In this document: positions 49,384 to 57,814 of the stretch, piece after piece
Layout of the letters: every line of letters starts with the position of its first letter
How positions within the stretch are numbered: position 1 is the stretch's first letter
Source: Actinomycetota bacterium
GTDB taxonomy: Bacteria > Actinomycetota > UBA4738 > HRBIN12
NCBI GenBank assembly: GCA_046731295.1
Contig: JBKPKU010000054.1
Location: forward strand, 52,833 to 116,832
Direction: 5' to 3'
Length of the DNA: 64,000 nucleotides
Position numbers and translations under genes: made by a program
Notes under the pieces: generated by a model
The model's database searches: none
Seen by the model: the letters and a program-made list of their open reading frames with translations, nothing else
Told to the model about the DNA's origin: nothing

Positions 49384-49919
49384 ATCGCGATGCCCACCCG
49401 ATCCAGACCGAGCGGCTCGTGCTCCGGCGCTCGGTCCCGGAGGATGCCGAGACGATCTCGGCCTACCGAAGCGACCCGAACGTGAACGCCCAGCAGGGCT
49501 GGGATCGCACCGATGTCGACAGCGTGCGCGCCGACATCGTCGAGATGAGCCGCCGCTCCCCGGGCGAGCCGGGCGGGTGGGTCCAGTACACGGTCGAGGA
49601 CCGCGAGAGCGGACGCGTCGTCGGGGATGTCGGCCTGTCGCCGGCCGACGGCGAGCCGAACGTGATCAAGGTGGGCTACACGATCGCGCCCGAGTTCCAG
49701 GGGTCTGGCTTCGCGACCGAGGCGATCGCTGCGCTCGTCGACTACGCGTTCGACACGCTGGGCGCCGAGGCCGTGCGAGCACACGCGAGCGCGCTCAATG
49801 CGCCGTCGATCCGCGTCGCCGAGAAGGTCGGCATGCGCCTGATCGAGAAGCGCGCGTATCGGGACGGCGACGAGGTCTGGTACGGCGTCCGGTACGAGGT
49901 TCGCCGCGACGACCGCTGA
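49384..49919 (+). CDS. GNAT family N-acetyltransferase (RimJ/RimL-like)
   Basis: 178 aa from MRVDRDAHPIQTERLVLR with acetyl-CoA-binding motif VGYTIAPEFQGSGFATEAIAALVDYAF. Confidence 0.75.
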
Positions 49920-49924
49920 GCGGG

Positions 49925-50113
49925 TCAGTCCGAAGAGCCGCGTGCCTTGAACTCGTCGCAGATGTCCTCGCGGTGGATCACGCCCCGGACGAACCGACAT
50001 CCGCCGATCGAGAGCCTCGGGAACATGAACTTGCACTCGCCGCAGCTGAACTTCGGGTTCTCGGCCTTGCGGTAGTTCGCCTGCTGCTTCGAGAGCCCCT
50101 GCACGTTCGGCAC
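49925..50113 (-). CDS. Hypothetical 62-aa Cys-rich protein (CxxC...C...C, possible zinc ribbon)
   Basis: GTG start preceded by GAGGGAGG RBS. FSCGECKFMFPRLSIGGCRFVRGVIHREDIC. Lies 14 nt downstream of the Rho_N-like gene on the same strand. Confidence 0.45.
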   Translation of the reverse strand: MPNVQGLSKQQANYRKAENPKFSCGECKFMFPRLSIGGCRFVRGVIHREDICDEFKARGSSD

Positions 50114-50127
50114 GGCGATGGCCTCCC

Positions 50128-50457
50128 TCAGTCGCGATCCACGGCGCGCTGCAACTCCGCCTTGGTCATCTTAGACCGGCCCCTGATGTGCTTGCTCCTG
50201 GCCTCCTCGTACAGCTGCGCCTTGGTGCGTCCGCCGGGTCCCGAGTGGGAACGGAGTCCGCCGCGACGACCGGACGAGATGTCGGTGACCGAGGCTCGGC
50301 TGGCCTCCCGCGCCTCGCCCGAGCGGGCTCGCTCCTTGTTCACGGTGCGGGCCGCGATCTCCTCGGCCGTGTCCTCGTCGCGGCCCTGCTCCTTCAGGCC
50401 CTGCTTGATGTGCTCGAACTGCCGTTCGCGCTTGGCGCTCCAGGCCTCCTGCGGCAT
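50128..50457 (-). CDS. Small protein with C-terminal Rho_N-like motif, paralog 2
   Basis: 109 aa from MPQEAWS. C-terminal KAQLYEEARSKHIRGRSKMTKAELQRAV motif matches the 27129-27407 protein. The upstream 180 codons of the ORF were rejected as non-protein-like. Confidence 0.55.
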   Translation of the reverse strand: MPQEAWSAKRERQFEHIKQGLKEQGRDEDTAEEIAARTVNKERARSGEAREASRASVTDISSGRRGGLRSHSGPGGRTKAQLYEEARSKHIRGRSKMTKAELQRAVDRD

Positions 50458-50614
50458 GACCTGCTCCTTTCGTCCGGGCCCGGCCGGGGCCGCCGGCTTT
50501 CCAGGGGTGCCTACCCGCCCGGGCCAGGTCTCACCCCCGGCCGCATCGAAAGCGCCTCCGGCGGGTAGGCATCCATGTCGGGAGCCACACGGCCGGCAGG
50601 CGAAGGAGGTGGCC

Positions 50615-51046
50615 ATGGTCGACAAGCATGCGAAGGTCACGTGGAAGGGTGATCTCGAGACCGGGTCCGGCGCGATCGAGAACGTGGGGAGCGGCGCGAT
50701 CGGCCCGCTCGACGTCTCGTGGCCGGCCCGGACCGGCGACGAGCGCGGGATGACCAGCCCCGAGGAGCTGATCGCCGCGGCGCACGCCTCGTGTTTCTCG
50801 ATGGCGCTGTCGCACGTCCTGAACCAGGCCGGCACGCCGCCGGACCAGCTCGACGTCTCGGTCGACGTCACGTTCGTCCCGGGGGAGGGGATCACCACCT
50901 CGGCCATCGAGGTCACGGGCGTGGTGCCCGGGGTCACGCAGGAGGCGTTCGCGAAGGCGGCCGAGGACGCGAAGGATAACTGCCCCGTCTCGTCGGCGCT
51001 GAAGGGCAACGTCGAGCTGAAGGTGCACGCGCGCCTCGCGGCCTAG
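50615..51046 (+). CDS. OsmC/Ohr family peroxiredoxin-like protein
   Basis: 143 aa; conserved OsmC cysteines (AHASCFSMAL, DNCPVS). RBS GAAGGAGGTGGCC. Confidence 0.85.
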   Translation: MVDKHAKVTWKGDLETGSGAIENVGSGAIGPLDVSWPARTGDERGMTSPEELIAAAHASCFSMALSHVLNQAGTPPDQLDVSVDVTFVPGEGITTSAIEVTGVVPGVTQEAFAKAAEDAKDNCPVSSALKGNVELKVHARLAA

Positions 51047-51154
51047 GGAGGTCGGTCGCGGTCGGGAGGTGGGTGACCCCCGCCCCCTCATCGCTCCCGA
51101 GCAGTTGGAGATCGATGGGCACGTGCGACTCAGGAGTCACGCGGCGTCGCCGCC

Positions 51155-51600
51155 CTAGGCCTCGCTCCGCAACGCGCTGTCGGAGTCGGGCAGCTTCACC
51201 GTCTCCCCCTGGAGGATGGGGGAAGAAAGCCTGAACCCCTTGACGATGCAGTAGATGCTGAGCGACAGCTCCCAGAAGAACTCGGGGATCGTTGTGATGG
51301 TTTGAACGGCCCCCCTCGCTCGATCGCGTCGAACATGACGGCGATCCCGGTGATCATGACGAGCGGACCTCCGATGAGGCCCAGCCACGCCATACCCCGG
51401 GGCACCAACTCGGATCGGTACCTCAGGTAACCCAGGATCACTCCGTTGGCGAGTCCCGCGAAGAAGCCCGGCCCGACCAGGAACGCTCGGTAATAGAGCG
51501 CGACGAACGCCTCACCGAGAACGGGAGTCGAGGCGGCTGTGGTCTCCTGCCGCATCAGCAGGAACGCCAGGGCGCTGACGATCCCGATGGCGATGAACAT
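51155..51600 (-). pseudogene. DUF4386-family membrane protein remnant: N-terminally truncated and frameshifted at a C/G homopolymer
   Basis: ORF 51600-51196 carries the mid region (LRYRSELVPRGMAWLGLIGGPLVMITGIAV). The family C-terminus (IPEFFWELSLSIYCIVKGF) is in another frame (ORF 51388-51155), with the shift at the C6 run ggcccccctcgc (~51309-51315). No credible N-terminal ~90 aa upstream. Confidence 0.45.
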
Positions 51601-51792
51601 GGCCTCGACGAGACGGGCCGAGATAACCCCGTTGGCCCGACCGCAAACGCCGATTTCACATCGATCGGCTAGGAGCCCTGACGCGGCTTCGATGGTCCCC
51701 GATCGCCTGATCGGGGCAGAATGCCGCCCGAGCCCTCCAGGATGCCCGTCCCAGAACGACCGTCCGCTTACGACGGCGGCCCAAGGCGGGAC

Positions 51793-52404
51793 TCAGGCGA
51801 TCGGTCGCGGGCCCGACGCGCCGGGGTCGAGCCAGTCCAACGAGAACAGCCGCTCGTATCGCACGACGATGTCGCCGGCCACCCACAGGTCGGACGTCCA
51901 CCCGGAATCGAGCGCCGTGAACCGCCACCTCGTCGCGTCGAACGCGCCCACTGGCGTCTCGACCCGCTCGTTGCCGATCCGCTCGTAACGCTGGCGAACG
52001 CGACTGGGCTCGAGCGTGTATGGGGCGAGGAAGACCACATCGATCTCGGCCGTGCCCGGGAGACGCTGCACGCTGATCGCGTTCGTCGCCGGCGTGAACA
52101 CGTCGAGGTGGAGGTCGGGGCCGTACGGGATCTCGACCGCCTTCCGATCGAGCCAGCCCGACAGCGTCGAGCCCTCGGGTCCTGATTCGAGCAGGACCTC
52201 GTGCTCCGAGTTCTGGATCCGAACGCGCGCGATCCGCCAGTCCGCATCCACCGCCACGTCCAGCGTCTCGTGGTGCGGCACCGGGTCGGTGGTCTCGATC
52301 TCGGCGAAGTACCGCCAGCCCATCGGCCCGGGAGCGCACCGGAACTCCTCGGTGCCCACGGGCTCGCCGTCGTCGCCGTACACGGTGTACCGGCCGAAGG
52401 GCAT
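51793..52404 (-). CDS. Putative glycolipid-binding family protein (DUF1089-like)
   Basis: 203 aa from MPFGRYTVYG; motifs typical of the family (VFTPATNAISVQRL, RQRYERIGNERVETP). Sits 2 nt downstream of the PfkB kinase gene. The long Arg/Gly N-terminal ORF extension was rejected. Confidence 0.55.
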   Translation of the reverse strand: MPFGRYTVYGDDGEPVGTEEFRCAPGPMGWRYFAEIETTDPVPHHETLDVAVDADWRIARVRIQNSEHEVLLESGPEGSTLSGWLDRKAVEIPYGPDLHLDVFTPATNAISVQRLPGTAEIDVVFLAPYTLEPSRVRQRYERIGNERVETPVGAFDATRWRFTALDSGWTSDLWVAGDIVVRYERLFSLDWLDPGASGPRPIA

Positions 52405-52406
52405 CG

Positions 52407-53345
52407 TCAGATCTGGGTGACGATCGCTCGCGCCGCGAGCGCCTCGGCTCGGGCTCCGTCCAGCTTGCCGGCCCCGGGGATCTCGGCGTTCGCGGTCGCG
52501 GCCCCGAGCGCGCGGCGGAGGGCGTCCGGCCATCCGTTGTCGCGCGCGAGGCCGACGACGAGGCCCGCCATGAACGCGTCGCCGCTGCCGACCGGGTATC
52601 GACCGCGCTCGTACAGGACGCCCTCGAACGCGCTGCCGTCGGGGGCGGCCACGAACAGCCCGTCGGCGCCCATCGTGACGATGCCGGCGTGGCCTTCCCC
52701 GCCGGCGAGCTCGCGGAGCTCCGCTGCGGCCGCCAGCGCCTCCTCGCGCGCGGCGACCGAGATCTCGAGCAGCCCGGCCGCCTCGGCCGCGTTCACCTTC
52801 ACGATGTCTGGACCCGCGCCGACCGCCCGGCGGAGCGGCTCGCCCTCGGCGTCCAGCGCCACCCGAACGCCGGCCCCGCGAGCCTCGGCGACGAGGTCGC
52901 GGTATCCGTCCTCGGGAGCCCCACGCGGGATCGAGCCCGAGATCGTGAGCAGCTCGCCGGTCCGGAACTCCGCGCTCACGGCCTGCACCAGCTCGACCCA
53001 CGACGCGGAGGGGATCTCGCCGCCGTGTTCGTAGAACTCGGTGAGCGATCCGTCGCCCCGGTCGGCCACCGACAGCGAGGACCGGCTCTCGCCGTGCGTC
53101 CAGACGAAGGCGCCGTCGATCCCCTCGGCCTGCAGCGCCTCCTCGATCCACCGGCCCGCGTGCCCGCGGAGGATCCCCGTCGCGCGAACCTCCGCGCCGA
53201 GGCTGTGGACGGCGCGCGCGACGTTGAGCCCCTTGCCGCCGGGCACCTGGACGAAACCGAGCGGCCGGTGGATGGCCCCTCGGACGAGCCGTTCCACCTC
53301 GAACAGCTTGTCGATGGACGGGTTCGCCGCGACGCAGACGATCAC
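52407..53345 (-). CDS. PfkB-family sugar kinase (1-phosphofructokinase / tagatose-6-phosphate kinase-like)
   Basis: FruK/LacC-like pattern (MIVCVAANPSIDK ... PGGKGLNVARA ... GSGDAFMAGL anion-hole/DTxGAGD-type motif). Confidence 0.8.
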   Translation of the reverse strand: MIVCVAANPSIDKLFEVERLVRGAIHRPLGFVQVPGGKGLNVARAVHSLGAEVRATGILRGHAGRWIEEALQAEGIDGAFVWTHGESRSSLSVADRGDGSLTEFYEHGGEIPSASWVELVQAVSAEFRTGELLTISGSIPRGAPEDGYRDLVAEARGAGVRVALDAEGEPLRRAVGAGPDIVKVNAAEAAGLLEISVAAREEALAAAAELRELAGGEGHAGIVTMGADGLFVAAPDGSAFEGVLYERGRYPVGSGDAFMAGLVVGLARDNGWPDALRRALGAATANAEIPGAGKLDGARAEALAARAIVTQI

Positions 53346-53425
53346 GCGGGAACGATATCCAGTCCCGGGCTCGAGACCCGGGCGAGGGTCGACGCCGCCG
53401 ATCGCCGGGTGCCAGACTCGCCCTC

Positions 53426-54739
53426 GTGCACAAGGTCACGATCATCGGGGCGGGAAGCGTCGAGTTCACCCGCGGCATCGTCGCTGATCTCTGCGGCTAC
53501 GCCGAGCTGCACGGTTCGCTGGAGTTCGCGCTGCACGATATCGACCCCGAGCGCCTCGGCTACGCGGAGCGCGCGGCCGCGCAGATCGTCGAGCGTTCGA
53601 AGGCCGGCTACCCCGTGTCCGCCCACGCCGAGCGCGCCTCGGCGTTCGACGGCGCCGACTACCTGATCAACGAGATCCAGGTCGGCGGTTACCGCGCCAC
53701 GCTGACCGACTTCGAGGTCCCGAAGAAGCACGGGCTTCGGCAGACGATCGGCGACACGATCGGCATCGGCGGGATCATGCGCGGCCTTCGCACGATCCCG
53801 GTGATGATCGAGATGGCCGACGAGATGGTCGAGCGGTGCCCGAACGGCCTCCTGCTCACGTACACGAACCCGATGGCGATGGTCCCGTGGGGCATCTGGT
53901 CGGGTTCGGAGCTCCCGGCCGACCGGGTGATCGGCGTATGCCACAGCGTCCGCGACACCCACGGGTTCCTCGCCCGAACGGTCGGGGTCCCGCTCGAGCG
54001 CGTCGAGTTCCGTACGGCCGGCCTCAACCACCAGTGCTTCGTGTACGTGTTCCGGGACCGGGAGACCGGCGAGGACCTGTACCCGAGGCTGCGGGAGATC
54101 GTCGACGCCGATCCCGAGGGTCTCGGCCGTCGCGTGCGCGTCGAGCTGTTCAAGCGGCTCGGCTACTTCCCGACCGAGTCCTCCGAGCACAGCGCGGAGT
54201 ACGTGCCGTGGTTCCTCCACCTCGACGACCAGGTCGCCCGCTTCCGGATCGAGGTCGACGAGTACCTGCGGCGCTCCGAGGACAACCTGGCCGAGTGGGA
54301 GGAGGTCAAGCGCGCGCTCGACGCCGGCGAGACCCTGCCGGTGGAGGCCAACGACGAGCTTGCGAGCCAGTTCATCCGCGCGCTGGAGACCGGCGCCGAG
54401 ACCGAGCTGTACGGGAACGTGCGCAACGAGGGCCTGATCGACGGGCTGCCCGAGGAGGCGTGCGTGGAGGTGGCTACGGTCGCGGGTTCGAAGGGCGTGG
54501 CGCCGACGAGGTTCGGAACGCTGCCGCCGCAGTGTCTGGGGCTGAACCGGACCTTCGTCAACGTGGCCGAGCTGACCGTCCGAGCCGTCCTGGAGGGGTC
54601 GCGGGAGCTCGCGCGTCAGGCCGCGCTGATGGACCCGAACACCGGGGCCACGCTCCGAACCACCGAGATCGTCGACATGGTCGACGACCTGATCCAAGCG
54701 CACGGCGACCTCATCCCCGAGCCGATCCGGCGCGGGTAG
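53426..54739 (+). CDS. Glycoside hydrolase family 4 (NAD+/Mn2+-dependent alpha-glycosidase / 6-phospho-glycosidase)
   Basis: KVTIIGAGSVEF Rossmann motif and GH4 catalytic region (CPNGLLLTYTNPMAMV, VIGVCHSV). 437 aa, GTG start. Confidence 0.85.
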   Translation: MHKVTIIGAGSVEFTRGIVADLCGYAELHGSLEFALHDIDPERLGYAERAAAQIVERSKAGYPVSAHAERASAFDGADYLINEIQVGGYRATLTDFEVPKKHGLRQTIGDTIGIGGIMRGLRTIPVMIEMADEMVERCPNGLLLTYTNPMAMVPWGIWSGSELPADRVIGVCHSVRDTHGFLARTVGVPLERVEFRTAGLNHQCFVYVFRDRETGEDLYPRLREIVDADPEGLGRRVRVELFKRLGYFPTESSEHSAEYVPWFLHLDDQVARFRIEVDEYLRRSEDNLAEWEEVKRALDAGETLPVEANDELASQFIRALETGAETELYGNVRNEGLIDGLPEEACVEVATVAGSKGVAPTRFGTLPPQCLGLNRTFVNVAELTVRAVLEGSRELARQAALMDPNTGATLRTTEIVDMVDDLIQAHGDLIPEPIRRG

Positions 54740-54751
54740 GCGCGGCCGACC

Positions 54752-55510
54752 TCACGCGAGCGTGACGTCGACCCCTGCATCGGTGAGTTCGGCGATCGTG
54801 TCCTTGCCGGCCCCGTCGTCGGTGACGAGCTCGTCGACCACGTCGAGCGGCGCGATCTGCGCGAACGCCACCCGCCCGAGCTTGGAGCTGTCGGTCACGA
54901 CGACGACGTGGCGCGCGCGATCGATCAGCGCGCGGTTGGTATGCGCCTCGACCTCGTGGTGCGTCGTGAGGCCCGCCTCGACCGTGATGCCGTCCACGCC
55001 GACGAACGCCACGTCCAGGTTGAGACGCTCGAGCGCCTGTTCGGCCACCGGGCCCACGAGCTCGTAGGACTCCGGCCGGGCGGTGCCTCCCGTCACGACG
55101 AGCTTGAGGTCGGCGCGGATCGCCAGTTCGCCGGCGATGTTGAGCGCGTTCGTCACCACCGTGATCCCGTGGCGGTCCAGGATCGCGCGGGCCACCTCGG
55201 TGGTGGTCGTCCCGCCGGTGAGCCCCACGACGGCGCCGTCGGACACGCGCGTCGCGGCCTCGGCCGCGATCCGAACCTTCTCCTTCTGGTGGCGGGCGCC
55301 CTTGTAGCGCAGGGGCAGCTCGTAGGAGACGTCGAGGCCGACGGCCCCGCCGTGCGTTCGGGTGAGCAGGCGCTGGCGCTCCAGCAGCTGGAGGTCACGC
55401 CGAACCGTCGCGCCCGAGACCCCGAGGTTCGTGGCGAGCTCGACGACGTCCACGGCGCCATCGCCCGCCAGGGACTCGAGGATCGCCGAGAGCCGTTCGG
55501 TCTGACGCAT
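54752..55510 (-). CDS. DeoR/GlpR family transcriptional repressor
   Basis: N-terminal HTH (AILESLAGDGAVDVVELATNLGVSGATVRRDL) plus a C-terminal DeoR sugar-phosphate-binding domain. Confidence 0.85.
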   Translation of the reverse strand: MRQTERLSAILESLAGDGAVDVVELATNLGVSGATVRRDLQLLERQRLLTRTHGGAVGLDVSYELPLRYKGARHQKEKVRIAAEAATRVSDGAVVGLTGGTTTTEVARAILDRHGITVVTNALNIAGELAIRADLKLVVTGGTARPESYELVGPVAEQALERLNLDVAFVGVDGITVEAGLTTHHEVEAHTNRALIDRARHVVVVTDSSKLGRVAFAQIAPLDVVDELVTDDGAGKDTIAELTDAGVDVTLA

Positions 55511-55595
55511 GGCCGTCGGAGCATAGCGCCTCCGTGCGCGGTCTTGGCCGAGACTGCCTTGACCGAGTGAGCGTATCTGACCTAGATTCGCCGAA

Positions 55596-56468
55596 ATGAG
55601 CGCGATCGCGCACGAGGTCTCGAGCCAGCCAGCCTGCTGGCGGCGGGCCGCCTCGGCTGCGTCGGTCCTCTCGGACGAGCTTGGCGAGCCGGGGATGCGG
55701 GTGGCGGTCGCCGGATGCGGGACCTCGCTCTACGTGGCCCGGGCCTTCGCGGCCCTTCGCGAGGACATGGGCCATGGGGAGACCGACGCGTTCCCGGCCT
55801 CGGAGTTCCCGGGCGCTCGAAGGTACGACCGCGTGGTCGTCATCAGCCGCAGTGGCACCACCACCGAGGTCATCCAGCTGCTCGAACGGCTCGACGCTTC
55901 GTATCGGACGGTCGTCACCACGGACGGGCGCACGCCGGCGGCCTCCTTGGCGGAGGCGACGATCGAGCTGGACTTCGCAGACGAGCGCTCGGTCGTGCAG
56001 ACGCGGTTCGCGACGTCGGCGCTGGCCCTGTTCCGAGCCCACCTCGGCGAGGACCTCGCCGACGCCGTCGCCGACGCCGAGCGCGCCCTCGCCGAACCCT
56101 GGGACGCTCCCGCGTTCGATCACGCCGTCTTCCTCGGACACGGCTGGACCGTGGGGATCTCGGAGGAGGCGGCCCTCAAGCTCCGGGAGGCCACGCAGAC
56201 GTACAGCGAGGCGTACCCCGCCATGGAATACCGACACGGCCCGATCAGCCTGGCCACCGAGCGGACGCTCGTGTGGATCCTCGGCACGACGGACGCCGCC
56301 GTCGCGGGTGACGTGGCGGCGACCGGCGCGACGGTCCGCGTGGCGTCGCTGGATCCCATGGCCGAGCTGGTGCTGGTCCACCGAACCGCGATCGATCTCG
56401 CCGAGGCCAAGGGGCTCGATCCCGATCATCCCGTTCATCTGACGCGCTCGGTGGTGCTGCCGTCGTGA
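55596..56468 (+). CDS. SIS-domain sugar-phosphate isomerase/deaminase-like protein (AgaS/GlmS-C-like)
   Basis: Two SIS-like halves (VAVAGCGTSLYVA ... VISRSGTTTE). Divergent from the DeoR gene. Confidence 0.7.
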   Translation: MSAIAHEVSSQPACWRRAASAASVLSDELGEPGMRVAVAGCGTSLYVARAFAALREDMGHGETDAFPASEFPGARRYDRVVVISRSGTTTEVIQLLERLDASYRTVVTTDGRTPAASLAEATIELDFADERSVVQTRFATSALALFRAHLGEDLADAVADAERALAEPWDAPAFDHAVFLGHGWTVGISEEAALKLREATQTYSEAYPAMEYRHGPISLATERTLVWILGTTDAAVAGDVAATGATVRVASLDPMAELVLVHRTAIDLAEAKGLDPDHPVHLTRSVVLPS

Positions 56469-56493
56469 CGCGTTCCCATCCCCACACCTGGAG

Positions 56494-57792
56494 GTGTTCG
56501 ACGTGAAGACACGTCTGCTGATCGTCCTGGCCGTGTTCGGACTGCTCGTGCCGGCGTGCACGGGCGGGGGCGACGAGAGCCCGCCGACCGACGAGACGGC
56601 ATCGGGTCCGGTCACCCTCACGTTCTGGCACGGGTACACCGACGTCGAGGCCGACTCGATGAACGCGCTGCTCGACGAGTGGAACGCCGACAACCCCGAC
56701 ATCCAGGTCGAGCCGCTGTTCGTGAACAACGACAAGGCGCTGCAGAAGCTGACGGTCGCACTGCAGGGCGGCGAGCCGCCCGACATCACCTACCAGTATG
56801 GCTCCTCGCTCCCGCAGCTCGCGGAGGCGCCGGGGCTCGTCGATCTCACGGACTGGGTCCAGCGGCCGGACGTGGACTGGGACGACTTCATCGAGGGCGC
56901 GCGGACGGCGTCGACCTTCGAGGGAAAGGTCCTGGGCGTCCCGGCACTGATCGACAACCTGGCGGTCGTCTACAACAAGACGCTGTTCGACCAGGCCGGG
57001 ATGGACTACCCGAACGACCAGTGGACCTGGGACGACTTCCGCGCCGCCGCCAAGGCGCTGACCGATCCGGCCACCAAGCAGTTCGGCTTCTCCTACCCGA
57101 TGGACGCCTCCGAGGACACGGTCTGGCACTACGACCCGCTGCTGTGGCAGAACGGCGGCTCGATCCTGAACGACGACGAGACGCAGGCCGCGTTCAATTC
57201 GCCCGAAGGCGTGCAGGCCCTGGAGGTCCTGACGGGGATGGCGGTCGACGACAAGTCGGTCTACCTGGACATCCAGAACTCCAACTACACGGACATCTTC
57301 AACAGCGGCAAGATCGCGATGCTCGTGACCGGCCCGTGGGACCTGTCGAGCTTCCCCGACGTCGACTACGGTGTCTCGATCCTGCCGGGGTTCGACGGCG
57401 ACCACCAGACGATCGCCGGGCCCGACATGTGGTGCGTGTTCGACAACGGCAACGGCAGGGCCGCCGCCGCCCTGAAGTTCCTGCAGTGGCTGACGGCTCC
57501 CGAGCAGGTCCGGAAGGAGGACCTGGCGACGGGCCACCTGCCGATCCGCCTGTCGGTCGCCCAGGACGAGTCGTTCCTGAACGACTTCGGCGACGCCTTC
57601 CCCGGCGTGGACGTCTTCGCCGAGAACCTGTCGAACGTGAAGCAGGCCAGGCCGGTCCTGGCGACCTACCCGCAGGTCTCCGAGGCGATGGGCCTGGCGA
57701 TCGTCTCGGCGATGCTGGGTCAGAGCGAGCCGCAGGCCGCGCTCGACCAGGCCGCCTCCGACGCGAACGACGCGCTGGCGCTCGGCGGATAG
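56494..57792 (+). CDS. ABC transporter sugar-binding lipoprotein (SBP family 1, CUT1)
   Basis: Lipoprotein signal LLIVLAVFGLLVPAC; family-1 solute-binding fold. Confidence 0.85.
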   Translation: MFDVKTRLLIVLAVFGLLVPACTGGGDESPPTDETASGPVTLTFWHGYTDVEADSMNALLDEWNADNPDIQVEPLFVNNDKALQKLTVALQGGEPPDITYQYGSSLPQLAEAPGLVDLTDWVQRPDVDWDDFIEGARTASTFEGKVLGVPALIDNLAVVYNKTLFDQAGMDYPNDQWTWDDFRAAAKALTDPATKQFGFSYPMDASEDTVWHYDPLLWQNGGSILNDDETQAAFNSPEGVQALEVLTGMAVDDKSVYLDIQNSNYTDIFNSGKIAMLVTGPWDLSSFPDVDYGVSILPGFDGDHQTIAGPDMWCVFDNGNGRAAAALKFLQWLTAPEQVRKEDLATGHLPIRLSVAQDESFLNDFGDAFPGVDVFAENLSNVKQARPVLATYPQVSEAMGLAIVSAMLGQSEPQAALDQAASDANDALALGG

Positions 57793-57814
57793 GCTGGGCG
57801 CCGGAGCCCCATCG

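Noticed and set aside
51693-51713. 7-bp stem hairpin ccccgat-cgcctg-atcgggg between the glycolipid-binding gene and the DUF4386 remnant
   Set aside because: Short stem, no U-tract, in a region that may be decayed sequence; insufficient to call a terminator.
51793-53478. 561-aa minus ORF fusing the glycolipid-binding-like gene with upstream sequence
   Set aside because: The upstream 350 codons are Arg/Gly-rich and overlap the PfkB kinase, which is in a different frame with clear motifs. Two separate genes were called instead.
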